Sequence record: SRR31156797_707
Direction: 5' to 3' (one strand)
DNA: 64,000 nucleotides
Shown here: positions 32,120 to 42,640 of the stretch, one piece after another
Layout: every line of letters begins with the position of its first letter
Numbering within the stretch: position 1 is the stretch's first letter
Translations under genes and position numbers: made by a program
Notes under the pieces: generated by a model
The model's database searches: none
Seen by the model: only the letters and a program-made list of their open reading frames with translations
Told to the model about the DNA's origin: nothing

Positions 32120-32735
32120 TGCACCCTCACCTCTTAAAATGGGCGTTGAACCTGCGTTAGACGAGACCGCCGTGCTCTCTGACTGTTACGTCGGGGTATA
32201 TACAGAGGTCGGTGCTTACACGCAGATTTTCGAATCAACCATAGGGGACTACACCTACATTATGCAGAACTGTCAGGTTCAATACACCGACATAGGCAAA
32301 TTCTGCTCTATCGCCTCATACGTGCGGATTCATCCTGTAAACCACCCTACCTGGCGACCGACTACACATCACATGACATATCGGAAAAAAGCTTACGACT
32401 TCGGCGACACAGATGACGAGGACTTTTTCGACTGGAGAAGAGACAGCAAGGTCAGCATAGGACACGATGTCTGGTTAGGGCATAATGTCACAATTAAAGC
32501 TGGCGTAAAAATAGGGGATGGAGCATGTATCGGCAGTAACTCTATGGTAACAAAGGACATACCTCCTTATGCCATAGCAGTAGGTAATACTGCAAAGGTT
32601 ATAAGATACAGATTCCCAGATGAACAGATAGATGCACTTGAGCGTATTAAATGGTGGGACTGGACACACGATGAGCTGAAAGAACGACTCGATCACCTTA
32701 CTGATATGGACAGACTGCTGGCAGATTTCGGATAG
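32097..32735 (+). CDS. Hexapeptide-repeat acetyltransferase associated with phosphonate clusters
   Basis: IGKFCSIA, NHPTWR, IGHDVWLG, KWWDW. Confidence 0.85.
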   Translation: MNYIKSHNAPSPLKMGVEPALDETAVLSDCYVGVYTEVGAYTQIFESTIGDYTYIMQNCQVQYTDIGKFCSIASYVRIHPVNHPTWRPTTHHMTYRKKAYDFGDTDDEDFFDWRRDSKVSIGHDVWLGHNVTIKAGVKIGDGACIGSNSMVTKDIPPYAIAVGNTAKVIRYRFPDEQIDALERIKWWDWTHDELKERLDHLTDMDRLLADFG

Positions 32736-32739
32736 ATAT

Positions 32740-34104
32740 ATGGAAAAAACAAACTTAGGACTTATCTCAGAGGGGGACAGCAACAGAAGCCCCGAGAGAG
32801 CAAAATGGCAGAAGAGAAATATCTCTGACGAAACAGCCGGACTTCTTGAAGAAGACAGCAAATACTTCCTGCACCAGACACTCTCCACACCGTGCCTTTC
32901 AGCACTATCAAAAGCAGAAGGCGCATACGTCACAGATACTGATGGGAAAAGTTATTTAGATTTTCACGGAAATAACGTACATCAGGCAGGGTTCTCTCAC
33001 CCTGAGATAATAAAAGCGATCACCGACCAACTGAACGATCTATCATTCTGCACCAGACGTTTCACTAATAAAAAAGCTGTGGAGCTTGCGAAGAAACTCG
33101 TAAGCATTTCACCTGAGAGCCTAACCAGAGTGCTGTTTGCGCCAGGCGGTACAAGCGCAATAGGGATAGCGCTTAAGCTAGCCAGAGTCCACACAGGGAG
33201 ACACAAGACTATATCTATGTGGGACAGTTTTCACGGTGCATCCCTTGACGCTGTTTCCCTCGGCGGTGAGGCGACCTTCAGAAAAGGTGTAGGTCCATTG
33301 ATGAGCGGAACTGAGCACGCACCACCAGCAGGCTCATACAACTGCTTTTACAATTGCAGTGACGACCACAGCGGGCTGAAATGTGCAGAATATATAGAAT
33401 ACATCCTTGAGAAAGAGCAGGACGTCTGTGCTGTTGTTGCTGAAACAGTAAGAAGCACACCCTACTTCCCTCCGGAGGGCTACTGGAAAAGGGTTAAGCG
33501 GGCTTGTGAGGAACACGGAGCCATGCTCATCTTAGACGAGATACCTACATGCCTCGGGCGTACAGGGAGTATGTTTGCATGTGAGCAATATAATATTGAG
33601 CCGGATATACTTGTCATAGGCAAGGGGCTGGGGGGCGGAATTTTCCCTTTGGCGGCAGTGCTTGCAAATGAAAAGTTTAACAAATCAGCTAAAGACCACG
33701 CATTCGGTCACTACACACACGAAAAGAGCCCGGTCGCATCAGCAGCGGCACTCGCACTGATAAATGTTATAGAGAAAGAGTCTCTGGTTCAGAATGCTAA
33801 AGATATGGGTGAGTACGCACTCGAAAGATTAAATAGTTTGAAAGATAAATTCGAATTCATCGGAGATGTACGAGGCAAAGGACTCATAATTGGTGTTGAG
33901 CTGGTGAAGGACAGATTGACCAAGGCTCCGGAGAGCGGAAAAGCTGAAATGATCATGTATAAAGCTCTCGACAAAGGTCTCAGCTTCAAGGTGACCATGG
34001 GGAATATTCTAACTCTCACACCACCCCTCAATATAAGTAAAAACGAAATGGATAAGGCAATGATTATACTCGAAGAGTGTTTTGACGAGGTTTCTGGTGA
34101 GTAA
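32740..34104 (+). CDS. pbfA: Class III PLP enzyme, probable (R)-1-hydroxy-2-aminoethylphosphonate ammonia-lyase
   Basis: SEGDSN, FLHQTLSTPCL, DFHGNNVHQ, GHYTHEKSP motifs recalled as typical of PbfA; phosphonate context with phnX. Confidence 0.8.
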   Translation: MEKTNLGLISEGDSNRSPERAKWQKRNISDETAGLLEEDSKYFLHQTLSTPCLSALSKAEGAYVTDTDGKSYLDFHGNNVHQAGFSHPEIIKAITDQLNDLSFCTRRFTNKKAVELAKKLVSISPESLTRVLFAPGGTSAIGIALKLARVHTGRHKTISMWDSFHGASLDAVSLGGEATFRKGVGPLMSGTEHAPPAGSYNCFYNCSDDHSGLKCAEYIEYILEKEQDVCAVVAETVRSTPYFPPEGYWKRVKRACEEHGAMLILDEIPTCLGRTGSMFACEQYNIEPDILVIGKGLGGGIFPLAAVLANEKFNKSAKDHAFGHYTHEKSPVASAAALALINVIEKESLVQNAKDMGEYALERLNSLKDKFEFIGDVRGKGLIIGVELVKDRLTKAPESGKAEMIMYKALDKGLSFKVTMGNILTLTPPLNISKNEMDKAMIILEECFDEVSGE

Positions 34105-34639
34105 ACAGATTGTTCTAGTAGCAGGTCCGAGCGGTGCAGGGAAAGACACACTGCTAAACTTTTCCAGAAAAATATTCAAAGGCAACAACCAGATAAACTT
34201 CTTAAAAAGATGCATAACAAGAGAACCAGACGGGAACGAGGATAACACCTTTTTAACTGAAGACCAGTTTTCAGAATATGTCAAAGACAACCTATTTCTC
34301 ATCCACTGGGAGGCACACGGCAACAGATACGGAATACTCGATAGAGACCTCATAGATGGAGTAAATATCATCTCTGTTTCGAGAACTGTAATAAAGGATA
34401 TCTGCCAGAACGTAGACAATGTAGCTATCGTAGAAGTAACGGCGGACAAAGATGTTTTACGCCAAAGACTTATTTCCAGAGGGCGGGAGACAAATGAGCA
34501 GGTAGACAGAAGGCTTGATAGAGATGTCCCCATAGACATAGAATCCAAAAAAGTTATAGACAACAGCTACGATATCTCTTTGGCTGTAAACCGGTTTGTA
34601 AACTTCATCAACGAGCTATACAGAAGCCCTGTAGTCTGA
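34097..34639 (+). CDS. phnN: Ribose 1,5-bisphosphate phosphokinase
   Basis: GPSGAGKDT, RCITR, WEAHGNRYG, LISRGRE; GTG start behind GAGG. Confidence 0.9.
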   Translation: MSKQIVLVAGPSGAGKDTLLNFSRKIFKGNNQINFLKRCITREPDGNEDNTFLTEDQFSEYVKDNLFLIHWEAHGNRYGILDRDLIDGVNIISVSRTVIKDICQNVDNVAIVEVTADKDVLRQRLISRGRETNEQVDRRLDRDVPIDIESKKVIDNSYDISLAVNRFVNFINELYRSPVV

Positions 34640-35043
34640 GACCACAGTCGTGTGGATAATTTGTGTAAACATATTTATTTTATTAGGCGAAAACATCAGA
34701 AATGTGGAGAAAAGGACAACAACATCCTTAGAAGCTAAGAAGAATACAGTTTTCTGCAAATGGTTTCGATGTGGAAATAAACATATATAAATAAATACCA
34801 ATAACTTATAAACATCAACTGATAATGTTTATTCCTTATTCAAATAAGCATAACACAACGTGTAACCGGACACGTTTTTAGGATAAAATAACAGATAACA
34901 CATATACAGTAGTATCAAATCAATCTTTCTTCCTATAGGGCTTAACAAATGACAAGAATTTTATAAAAAAAATACAGTTTTTACATCATATAAACATCTA
35001 ATAATAAAGATGTTTCTTTTCAGTTGTCAGGTTTTATTAAACT

Positions 35044-35071
35044 CTGACATCGATTTGACAAATTTTTTACA
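35044..35071 (+). promoter_or_regulatory. Pho-box-like 11-bp direct repeats upstream of pstS
   Basis: CTGACA/TTGACA/TTTACA at 35044, 35055, 35066. Confidence 0.7.
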
Positions 35072-35131
35072 AATTTAGAGTAAACCTTTTCTAGCGGACA
35101 AGAAATTAAAACCTTTTTGGAGGATATGTTA

Positions 35132-36142
35132 ATGAAAAAGTTTCTCACACTCGCTCTTGTAGCTGCGTTTATGACAATGTCAACTATCGCTGCTGAGGCA
35201 AGAGACCAAATCAGAATCGTAGGTTCCAGTACTGTTTACCCATTCGCTTCTTACGTAGCTGAGGAGTTCGGTGCTACAACAGGTAACCCAACACCAATTA
35301 TCGAATCCACTGGTTCAGGTGGTGGTCACAAGCTTTTCGGAGCTGGTAACGACATGAACACACCAGACATCACAAACTCTTCTAGAAGAATGAAGAAGAA
35401 AGAATTCGATAAGAACGAAGCTAAAGGCATCAAAGCTTTCGAAGTAACAATCGGCTTCGATGGTATCGTAGTTGCTTTTAACAAGTCTAACCCAGACCTT
35501 AACCTTACAAGAAAAGAGCTTACAATGGCTATCGCTGAAAAAGTTCCTGTAAACGGTAAGCTTGCTGCTAACCCATACAAAATGTGGAACGAAATCAACC
35601 CAGCACTCCCTGCTAAGCCTATCCTTGTTTACGGTCCTCCTACATCTTCCGGTACAAGAGACGCACTTGAGTCACTCGTACTTGAGTCTGTAACTAAGAA
35701 GATCAAAGCTTACGGCGGCAAGTACAAGAAAATCCGTCAGGACGGCGTTTACGTACCAGCTGGTGAGAACGATAACCTTATCGTTCAGAAGCTTACAAAA
35801 GACAAAAACGCTTTCGGTATCTTCGGTTACTCTTTCCTTGAAGAAAACTCTGACAGAATCAAGGCTGCTACAATTGACGGCATAGTTCCTGAGCCTGCAA
35901 TGATTTCTTCTGCTAAGTACCCAGTTGCTAGATCACTTTTCTTCTACGTTAAGCTTGACCACCTTTCTAAAGTTAAAGGTATGACAGAGTACGTTGAAAT
36001 GTTCCTCTCTGAGAACATGATCGGTGACGAAGGTCTTCTTACTACTATCGGTCTCATCCCTCTTCCAAAAGAAAGAAGAGCTGCTATGAGAGCTGCATGG
36101 GCTAAAAGAGCTCCAATGACAGCTGCTGCTTTTAAAAAGTAA
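35132..36142 (+). CDS. pstS: Phosphate ABC transporter binding protein
   Basis: Signal peptide, GSSTVYPF, STGSGGG, GPPTSSGTRD; GGAGGA RBS. Confidence 0.94.
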   Translation: MKKFLTLALVAAFMTMSTIAAEARDQIRIVGSSTVYPFASYVAEEFGATTGNPTPIIESTGSGGGHKLFGAGNDMNTPDITNSSRRMKKKEFDKNEAKGIKAFEVTIGFDGIVVAFNKSNPDLNLTRKELTMAIAEKVPVNGKLAANPYKMWNEINPALPAKPILVYGPPTSSGTRDALESLVLESVTKKIKAYGGKYKKIRQDGVYVPAGENDNLIVQKLTKDKNAFGIFGYSFLEENSDRIKAATIDGIVPEPAMISSAKYPVARSLFFYVKLDHLSKVKGMTEYVEMFLSENMIGDEGLLTTIGLIPLPKERRAAMRAAWAKRAPMTAAAFKK

Positions 36143-36165
36143 GCAACTTGAACTAGACAAACAAT

Positions 36166-36200
36166 ACCGACCTGTATATAACATGCGGGTCGGTTTTTTT
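36166..36200 (+). terminator. Terminator-like hairpin between pstS and pstC
   Basis: ACCGACCTGTAT...ATGCGGGTCGGT followed by T run. Confidence 0.75.
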
Positions 36201-36222
36201 CGTAATATTTTTGGAGTGCTCA

Positions 36223-37464
36223 ATGTCTAAAATTATTTTATATTTCGTGATTGGTGTTTTACCTCTCTGCTACATGGCTTTTTACCTCGGTAGAAAGAAA
36301 GCAAGATCAGGCGAAACACAGTCAGGTCAAAGGTATCACTCCAGACCGGGACACTACGGCTGGTATGCAGTAGTATGGATGGCTCTTCCATCTCTGGCGG
36401 TCTCACTTTTCTTTAGCATTCTTGGTTCAACCAAGGTTTTTTCTGTCCCTTTTACTATGCACTTAGTAGCAGTATTGCTGCTCGCATCTGGCGGTCTATG
36501 GTTTGCGCTTAAAAACATCGAATCAGGGCTAAGAGCCAGAAACTTTATTGAGAATACAATCAAGCTTTTCCTTATATTGGCATCGCTTGTTTCTATAATA
36601 ACAACTATCGGTATCGTTATTTCGATACTCTTTGAATCTATGAAGTTCTTCTCACACGTGAGCTTCTGGGATTTCATTACAGGAACCAAATGGAGCCCTG
36701 ACACAGCCTTCCTTGAAGGAGCTGGGCGCAGTGGTGAAGAAGTTGCTAAACCGGAATTCGGTTCTGTACCTATCTTTGCAGGTACCTTTATGGTTACTTT
36801 CATCGCTCTTTCTGTTGCTGTACCTGTTGGACTCCTTTCCGCTGTTTACATGACAGAGTATGCAACACCAAGAGTCAGAGGGATGGCTAAACCTATCCTT
36901 GAAATACTTGCTGGTATCCCAACTGTTGTGTACGGTTTCTTCGCAGCTATCACAGTCAGCCCGCTTGTTGTTAACATCGCTGAATCATTTGGTGTACAGG
37001 CTGATTACACTAACGCACTTACTCCTGGACTTGTAATGGGTATTATGATCATCCCATTTGTTTCGTCACTTTCTGACGATGTAATAAATGCTATCCCGCA
37101 AAACCTACGTGAAGGTTCGCTTGCACTCGGTATGACACGCTCTGAGACGATGAAGCATGTCATGCTCCCTGCGGCTCTTCCCGGTGTCATCTCTGCTGTT
37201 CTCCTTGCACTTTCAAGGGCTATCGGTGAGACAATGATTGTGGTTATGGCGGCTGGTCTCAGACCAAACCTTACATGGAACCCGCTTGAGGGTATGACAA
37301 CTGTTACCGTTCGAATAGTAGACGCCCTCACAGGCGACCAGTCTTTCGACAGTTTGGAAACACTTTCAGCTTTCGGTCTCGGTTTTGTTCTCCTGCTGGT
37401 TACTCTGTTTCTCAACATTGTTTCAAGCGTTATCATCAGAAAGTTCCGTAAACAGTACGATTAA
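36223..37464 (+). CDS. pstC: Phosphate ABC transporter permease
   Basis: EILAGIPTVVYG, SRAIGETM. Confidence 0.93.
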   Translation: MSKIILYFVIGVLPLCYMAFYLGRKKARSGETQSGQRYHSRPGHYGWYAVVWMALPSLAVSLFFSILGSTKVFSVPFTMHLVAVLLLASGGLWFALKNIESGLRARNFIENTIKLFLILASLVSIITTIGIVISILFESMKFFSHVSFWDFITGTKWSPDTAFLEGAGRSGEEVAKPEFGSVPIFAGTFMVTFIALSVAVPVGLLSAVYMTEYATPRVRGMAKPILEILAGIPTVVYGFFAAITVSPLVVNIAESFGVQADYTNALTPGLVMGIMIIPFVSSLSDDVINAIPQNLREGSLALGMTRSETMKHVMLPAALPGVISAVLLALSRAIGETMIVVMAAGLRPNLTWNPLEGMTTVTVRIVDALTGDQSFDSLETLSAFGLGFVLLLVTLFLNIVSSVIIRKFRKQYD

Positions 37465-37473
37465 TGGTGCAAT

Positions 37474-38640
37474 ATGAATAATAATGAAGCAAGAAGACTC
37501 GGAATCATAAAAAGAAGATACAGACAGGAAAAGTTATTCAGAACTCTCGCAGTTGGTGCTATCATCCTTGCGACTACGTTCCTTGTATTTTTCCTAACTA
37601 ACATAACAAAAACTGGCTACCCTGCCCTTCAGCAGACATTCATCCAGACAGATGTTGTTTATGACAGTACAACTATAAAACTGACTCATAAGGCCGTTCC
37701 CCGTGAGCTTTCCAGACTGATAAGTAGAGGTTTCCTCAGACTGATACCAGTAGAAGTAAGACACAACCCGGAGCTTTTAGGGACAACAGTTAACAGATGG
37801 GTTGTTGCCACTGCTGAGGTTGATCAGTATATGAAAGGACATCCTAATAAACTTAAAGCTAAGCAGATCGCTATTGTTGAGAGGCTTAAAACTGAAGGTC
37901 TTATAGATCTCAAGTTTAACAAAGCATTTTTCACAAAAGGCGATTCTAAGCTTGCTGAGATATCAGGTATCATGTCCGCCGCTATAGGTTCCATATACGT
38001 TCTGCTGCTCACTATGCTCTTCTCTGTTCCTGTGGGTGTTATGACAGCGGTCTACCTTGAAGAGTTTGCTGCTGATAACTGGCTTACAAGAATTATCGAA
38101 GTAAATATTAATAACCTCGCCGCTATCCCGTCGATCATATTTGGTCTTTTGGGTCTGGCGATTTTCATTAACTTTTTCGGAGTGCCAAGGTCATCAGCGC
38201 TTGCCGGTGGTCTTACACTTGCACTTATGACACTTCCTGTTATCATCATCTCAACCAGAGCGGCTCTACGTTCTGTACCTGATTCCATCCGTCAGGGTGC
38301 TCAGGGTGTTGGTGCTTCTGCATGGCAGGTTGTATGGCATCATGTGCTTCCGCTCTCCATGCCTGGTATACTCACCGGTTCGATTATCGGTCTTGCTCAG
38401 GCTATGGGTGAAACAGCACCGCTTCTTATTGTAGGTATGCTCGCATACATACCGGAAGCTCCATCAGGTATAACCGAGGCAGCAACTGTTCTGCCTGCGC
38501 AGATATATACATGGTCCGGTGAGTCCATTCGTGCTTATACTGAAAGGACTGCACTTGGTATTATGGTTCTTCTCTCTGTACTGCTTATGCTCAATGCCTG
38601 TGCAGTATGGATCAGAAATAAGTTTGAAAGAAAATGGTAA
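37474..38640 (+). CDS. pstA: Phosphate ABC transporter permease
   Basis: NLAAIPSIIFG, AMGETAPL. Confidence 0.93.
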   Translation: MNNNEARRLGIIKRRYRQEKLFRTLAVGAIILATTFLVFFLTNITKTGYPALQQTFIQTDVVYDSTTIKLTHKAVPRELSRLISRGFLRLIPVEVRHNPELLGTTVNRWVVATAEVDQYMKGHPNKLKAKQIAIVERLKTEGLIDLKFNKAFFTKGDSKLAEISGIMSAAIGSIYVLLLTMLFSVPVGVMTAVYLEEFAADNWLTRIIEVNINNLAAIPSIIFGLLGLAIFINFFGVPRSSALAGGLTLALMTLPVIIISTRAALRSVPDSIRQGAQGVGASAWQVVWHHVLPLSMPGILTGSIIGLAQAMGETAPLLIVGMLAYIPEAPSGITEAATVLPAQIYTWSGESIRAYTERTALGIMVLLSVLLMLNACAVWIRNKFERKW

Positions 38641-38677
38641 ATAACAACATATTCAGCTTCTACGGAGTGATTAGATA

Positions 38678-39442
38678 ATGGATACTACATTAAAAATGAA
38701 ATCAGAGTCCCTCAACTTTTACTATGGGGATTTCCATGCACTTAAAGATATCAACCTCGTTTTCCCTGAAAGACATGTAACAGCGCTTATCGGTCCTTCA
38801 GGTTGTGGTAAATCAACTTACCTCAGATGTTTTAACAGAATGAACGACCTTATCAAAGACATCCGTGTTGAAGGCGGTATCTACCTTGATACCCAAGAGA
38901 TCCACGACCCAAAGCTCGATGTTGTTGAACTAAGAAGAAGAGTAGGAATGGTTTTCCAGAAACCGAACCCATTCCCAAAAACAATATATGAAAACATCGC
39001 TTATGCACCTCGCATCCACGGCCTTGTATCAAAAGGGAGCGAGATGGACGACCTCGTTGAGGACTCACTCCAGAAAGCTGGGCTCTGGGCAGAGGTCAAA
39101 GACAGACTGAAATCTCAGGCTACCGCACTTTCAGGTGGTCAGCAGCAGAGGCTCTGTATAGCACGTGCTCTTGCGATGGAGCCGGAAGTTCTCCTTATGG
39201 ACGAGCCTGCATCAGCCCTCGACCCTATCGCCACACAGAAGATAGAGGAGCTCATCTATGAGCTTAAAGAGAGGCTGACAGTTATCATCGTTACCCACAA
39301 CATGCAGCAGGCCGCAAGGGTCTCTGACTTCACAGCTTTCTTCTATATGGGAGAGCTTATTGAGGTGGGCGACACAAGCACAATATTTACAAATCCTACT
39401 GTTAAAAAGACAGAAGACTACATTACCGGACGTTTCGGTTAA
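38678..39442 (+). CDS. pstB: Phosphate ABC transporter ATPase
   Basis: [26 protein letters not shown]. Confidence 0.96.
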   Translation: MDTTLKMKSESLNFYYGDFHALKDINLVFPERHVTALIGPSGCGKSTYLRCFNRMNDLIKDIRVEGGIYLDTQEIHDPKLDVVELRRRVGMVFQKPNPFPKTIYENIAYAPRIHGLVSKGSEMDDLVEDSLQKAGLWAEVKDRLKSQATALSGGQQQRLCIARALAMEPEVLLMDEPASALDPIATQKIEELIYELKERLTVIIVTHNMQQAARVSDFTAFFYMGELIEVGDTSTIFTNPTVKKTEDYITGRFG

Positions 39443-39454
39443 GGGATATACAAG

Positions 39455-39481
39455 GGCGGCTATAATGGCCGCCTTTTTTTT
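39455..39481 (+). terminator. Rho-independent terminator after pstB
   Basis: GGCGGCTAT-A-ATGGCCGCC followed by T run. Confidence 0.85.
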
Positions 39482-39608
39482 GCTCACTTTCATGCTCATC
39501 TTACTTTTTTCATACATTAAAATTTAAATTTACTAACATAATATCTGTAACCTTCTTGTATACAAACAGAATCAATATTATTCCCAAATAAGGTTTACGT
39601 GGTGTGCT

Positions 39609-41594
39609 ATGAATTTTGCAAATATGAAAATTAAGACTAAAGCCCTGAGTCTATTTATCTCCTTTATCGCTATCAGTCTCATTATAACTACTCTCTTTGT
39701 TATAAAGATCGCTGATCATCACTTCTCTAAACAGGTCGAAGCCCAGCTTATATCGCAGGCTGAAACACTGACTAACAAGCTTAACAGCTTTGGCATTTTA
39801 TCCAAAAAACTCGACGATTTCATTTCAAAGGATGTGAAAAGACTTCTGGACAATGAAATAAAAGCTATCGAAGATACTGCTAACAGAGTTTCCACAGCCT
39901 ACACTATCTCTGGTGAGGGCGATATGGCGATTCAGTTCAGGATAATGGATATCGTCGATAAGAAAACTGTCGGTAAATCCGGTTTCGCTTTCGCTCTCGA
40001 CGAAGACGGCTTCATGGTTGTGAACCCTAATAAAAAATTCTCAAAAGAATCCAAAAGCTTAATAGATAAAATAGCCAAAGAGAAAACCATATCTCTTGAA
40101 ATCCCTTTTAGAAGAAAAGGTTACGCTGTTGTTTCATGTAAACCTAACGAAAGATATAAGATGATAATATGTACTGCAATACCTAAATCTGAAACCTCAG
40201 CAGGCTCAGATTTCATCGATAAATACGCAAATGAAAACTTCGAAACATTTGTATCTAACAGTAAGATTGCTGAAACAGGCTACTATTATCTGCTAGATAC
40301 TAAAGGAGTTATTTTACTACATCCTGATAAAGAGCTTATTGGCAAAAATCTCTCAGAGTATCAGTTCATTCAGGACATAATCGAAGAGAGAAAAGGATCA
40401 ATCAAATATAGCTGGAACGGTGTTAAAAAGCTGGCAGGTTTCGCCTATGTTGAGCCTCTTGATGCGATACTAGTGGGCGGAGCTGACGTAAACGAATTTT
40501 TAGGCTCTATGAGAACCGACATGATTATGCGACCTATAATCATCGGTATCATAATCATAATCATAGCGACTGCCCTTATGAACATGCTTTTCAATAGAAC
40601 AATCGTCAAACCTATCAAGCAGATGGGAGAATTTATCGAAAAGATATCCAGCGGCGACTTAACCAATGAGTTCAAGATCAAATTCAAAGACGAGATAGGA
40701 ACTATCGGCGGTTACCTCAACTATATGACAGGTCATATCAATGACACCCTCGTAAACGTTAAATCATCTGCTGAAATAGTTAAGGAACACTCTGTAAGTA
40801 TAAAAGATTCAGGAGCGCAGCTCTCTGATGCTATCAAAGCACAATCAGAGAGAACAGCGAATGTTGAGCAGTCTATTCAGGAGATACTCACATCTTTCGA
40901 TGTTATCTCAGGCAATATGCAGGAAGTTAATGGAGAGATAACAGCTATCAGGTCTAAAGCTCAGGAAGGAAATCAGGTGCTTAGCAATACAGTTAATGGT
41001 ATCAGAAACTTATCTGACACAGTAATTAACACATCAGACACGATAGACAGCCTCGGTGAATCATCAAAACAGATTATCGAGATAGTCAAAGTTATCTCTG
41101 ACATCGCTGACCAGACAAACCTTCTGGCACTTAACGCTGCCATTGAGGCGGCGAGAGCTGGTGAGCACGGGCGTGGTTTCGCTGTGGTTGCTGATGAGGT
41201 GAGAAAGCTCGCAGAGAGGACAGTTGATGCCACAGCGGAAATTAATGAGATGACTTCAGGCATAAGCAGAGACGTTAACCAATCTGTAAAAGATATGCAG
41301 GCGGGCGCAGAGCTTGCCAAAGAGGGTGAAAGCCTGGCAACAGAGCTTCAGGAAAGCCTTGAGAGCATTATAGAAGGAGTTGTGGAAGCTTCTGTAAAGA
41401 TAGAATCAGTCTCCGTAGCTGTCACCCAGCAGAACGAATCCAGCCAGAGGATATCTGAAGATTCTGCTCAGATCGCCGGTTTTTCTAAACATAACGCCGA
41501 GATTGCCGCAGGAAACAGAGAGGAAGCGGAAAAGCTTGACTCCCTCGCATCAGCTCTAAGACTTGCGGTAGAGAAATTCAGCTTGAAGAGTTAA
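39609..41594 (+). CDS. Methyl-accepting chemotaxis protein with Cache-type periplasmic region
   Basis: Two [40 protein letters not shown]. Confidence 0.95.
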   Translation: MNFANMKIKTKALSLFISFIAISLIITTLFVIKIADHHFSKQVEAQLISQAETLTNKLNSFGILSKKLDDFISKDVKRLLDNEIKAIEDTANRVSTAYTISGEGDMAIQFRIMDIVDKKTVGKSGFAFALDEDGFMVVNPNKKFSKESKSLIDKIAKEKTISLEIPFRRKGYAVVSCKPNERYKMIICTAIPKSETSAGSDFIDKYANENFETFVSNSKIAETGYYYLLDTKGVILLHPDKELIGKNLSEYQFIQDIIEERKGSIKYSWNGVKKLAGFAYVEPLDAILVGGADVNEFLGSMRTDMIMRPIIIGIIIIIIATALMNMLFNRTIVKPIKQMGEFIEKISSGDLTNEFKIKFKDEIGTIGGYLNYMTGHINDTLVNVKSSAEIVKEHSVSIKDSGAQLSDAIKAQSERTANVEQSIQEILTSFDVISGNMQEVNGEITAIRSKAQEGNQVLSNTVNGIRNLSDTVINTSDTIDSLGESSKQIIEIVKVISDIADQTNLLALNAAIEAARAGEHGRGFAVVADEVRKLAERTVDATAEINEMTSGISRDVNQSVKDMQAGAELAKEGESLATELQESLESIIEGVVEASVKIESVSVAVTQQNESSQRISEDSAQIAGFSKHNAEIAAGNREEAEKLDSLASALRLAVEKFSLKS

Positions 41595-41642
41595 TAAGTT
41601 TGCGATAAAGTTAACTGCTACACTGGTAAGAAAGGTGGCACT

Positions 41643-42545
41643 TTGAAAAACTTAAAACTGCAGGAATACCTTGCAGATATATCGCTCATACTTATCTCCC
41701 TCATATGGGGCAGCAGCTTTATCATCATAAAGCAGGCTATAGAAACCTTTGAACCTATCACGTTCATATTTTTGCGCTTTCTTGTGGCATCGCTCTTTAT
41801 GATAGTGATCACCATACCTTTTCGTAAGCATTACAATAAACAATCTATAAAAGACGGAGCAGTAATAGGCTTAGTGCTTTTCCTTGTGTTCCTATTCCAG
41901 ACAATAGCCCTTAAGCTATCCACAGCCACAGAGGTTGGCTTTCTCACAGGCTTATACGTCCTCTTTGTACCTGTTCTGTCTACTTTCTTCCTCAAAAAGA
42001 GACCGCACTTCTTCTCATGGATAGGCGTTGCCCTTTCTGCTGTGGGGATGGTAATGATAACCTTTCAGGGCGAACTGCACCTGTCAACTGGGCAGCTTTT
42101 CGGTATCATTAACGCTTTTTTCATAGGTATACACATACTTGTAATAGATGTCCTCTCCAGAAAGCATAATGTTATCATACTGACAGCTATGCAGATTTTC
42201 GTCACCTGTATCTTATCCGGGCTTTACTCATACTTTTTCGAAAGCAGCCCCTACTCTATGGCGCTCGAGCCAAATATAGCCTACCCTATTATCTTTACAG
42301 GGGTGGTGGCGACCGTCCTATGCTTCTTCCTTCAGACCGCTATGCAGAAATATACAACACCGACCAAAGCAGCGATAATGTTTACTCTTGAGCCTATATC
42401 CTCTGCGTTTTTCGGATTTTACATCGGGCATGAGATAATGACAGGCAACCAGTATCTCGGTGCGGCGCTTATCATTTTCGCTATTGTAGTAGCAGAGGCG
42501 GGAACAGCCATAAGGCATTCACTCAAGCAGTTCGTTTCAAACTAA
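41643..42545 (+). CDS. DMT/EamA family transporter
   Basis: LIWGSSF, about 10 TM, FTLEP; TTG start. Confidence 0.88.
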   Translation: MKNLKLQEYLADISLILISLIWGSSFIIIKQAIETFEPITFIFLRFLVASLFMIVITIPFRKHYNKQSIKDGAVIGLVLFLVFLFQTIALKLSTATEVGFLTGLYVLFVPVLSTFFLKKRPHFFSWIGVALSAVGMVMITFQGELHLSTGQLFGIINAFFIGIHILVIDVLSRKHNVIILTAMQIFVTCILSGLYSYFFESSPYSMALEPNIAYPIIFTGVVATVLCFFLQTAMQKYTTPTKAAIMFTLEPISSAFFGFYIGHEIMTGNQYLGAALIIFAIVVAEAGTAIRHSLKQFVSN

Positions 42546-42560
42546 ATACTAACACCCAGC

Positions 42561-42627
42561 CGTTATGTACATGTAAACATAACGCTTGACTTGACAGAAA
42601 TTGCGCTATATACTTCACTAAATAACG
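42561..42627 (+). promoter_or_regulatory. Two ModE-type operators bracketing the modA sigma70 promoter
   Basis: CGTTATGTA-N6-AACATAACG (42561-42584), CGCTATATA-N6-TAAATAACG (42604-42627); TTGACT(42586)-17-TATACT(42609). Confidence 0.8.
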
Positions 42628-42640
42628 AAAGGAAGTTTAT

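Noticed and set aside
34616-34801. 61 aa minus-strand ORF after phnN
   Set aside because: TTG start, no RBS, no motif; likely chance ORF in AT-rich DNA
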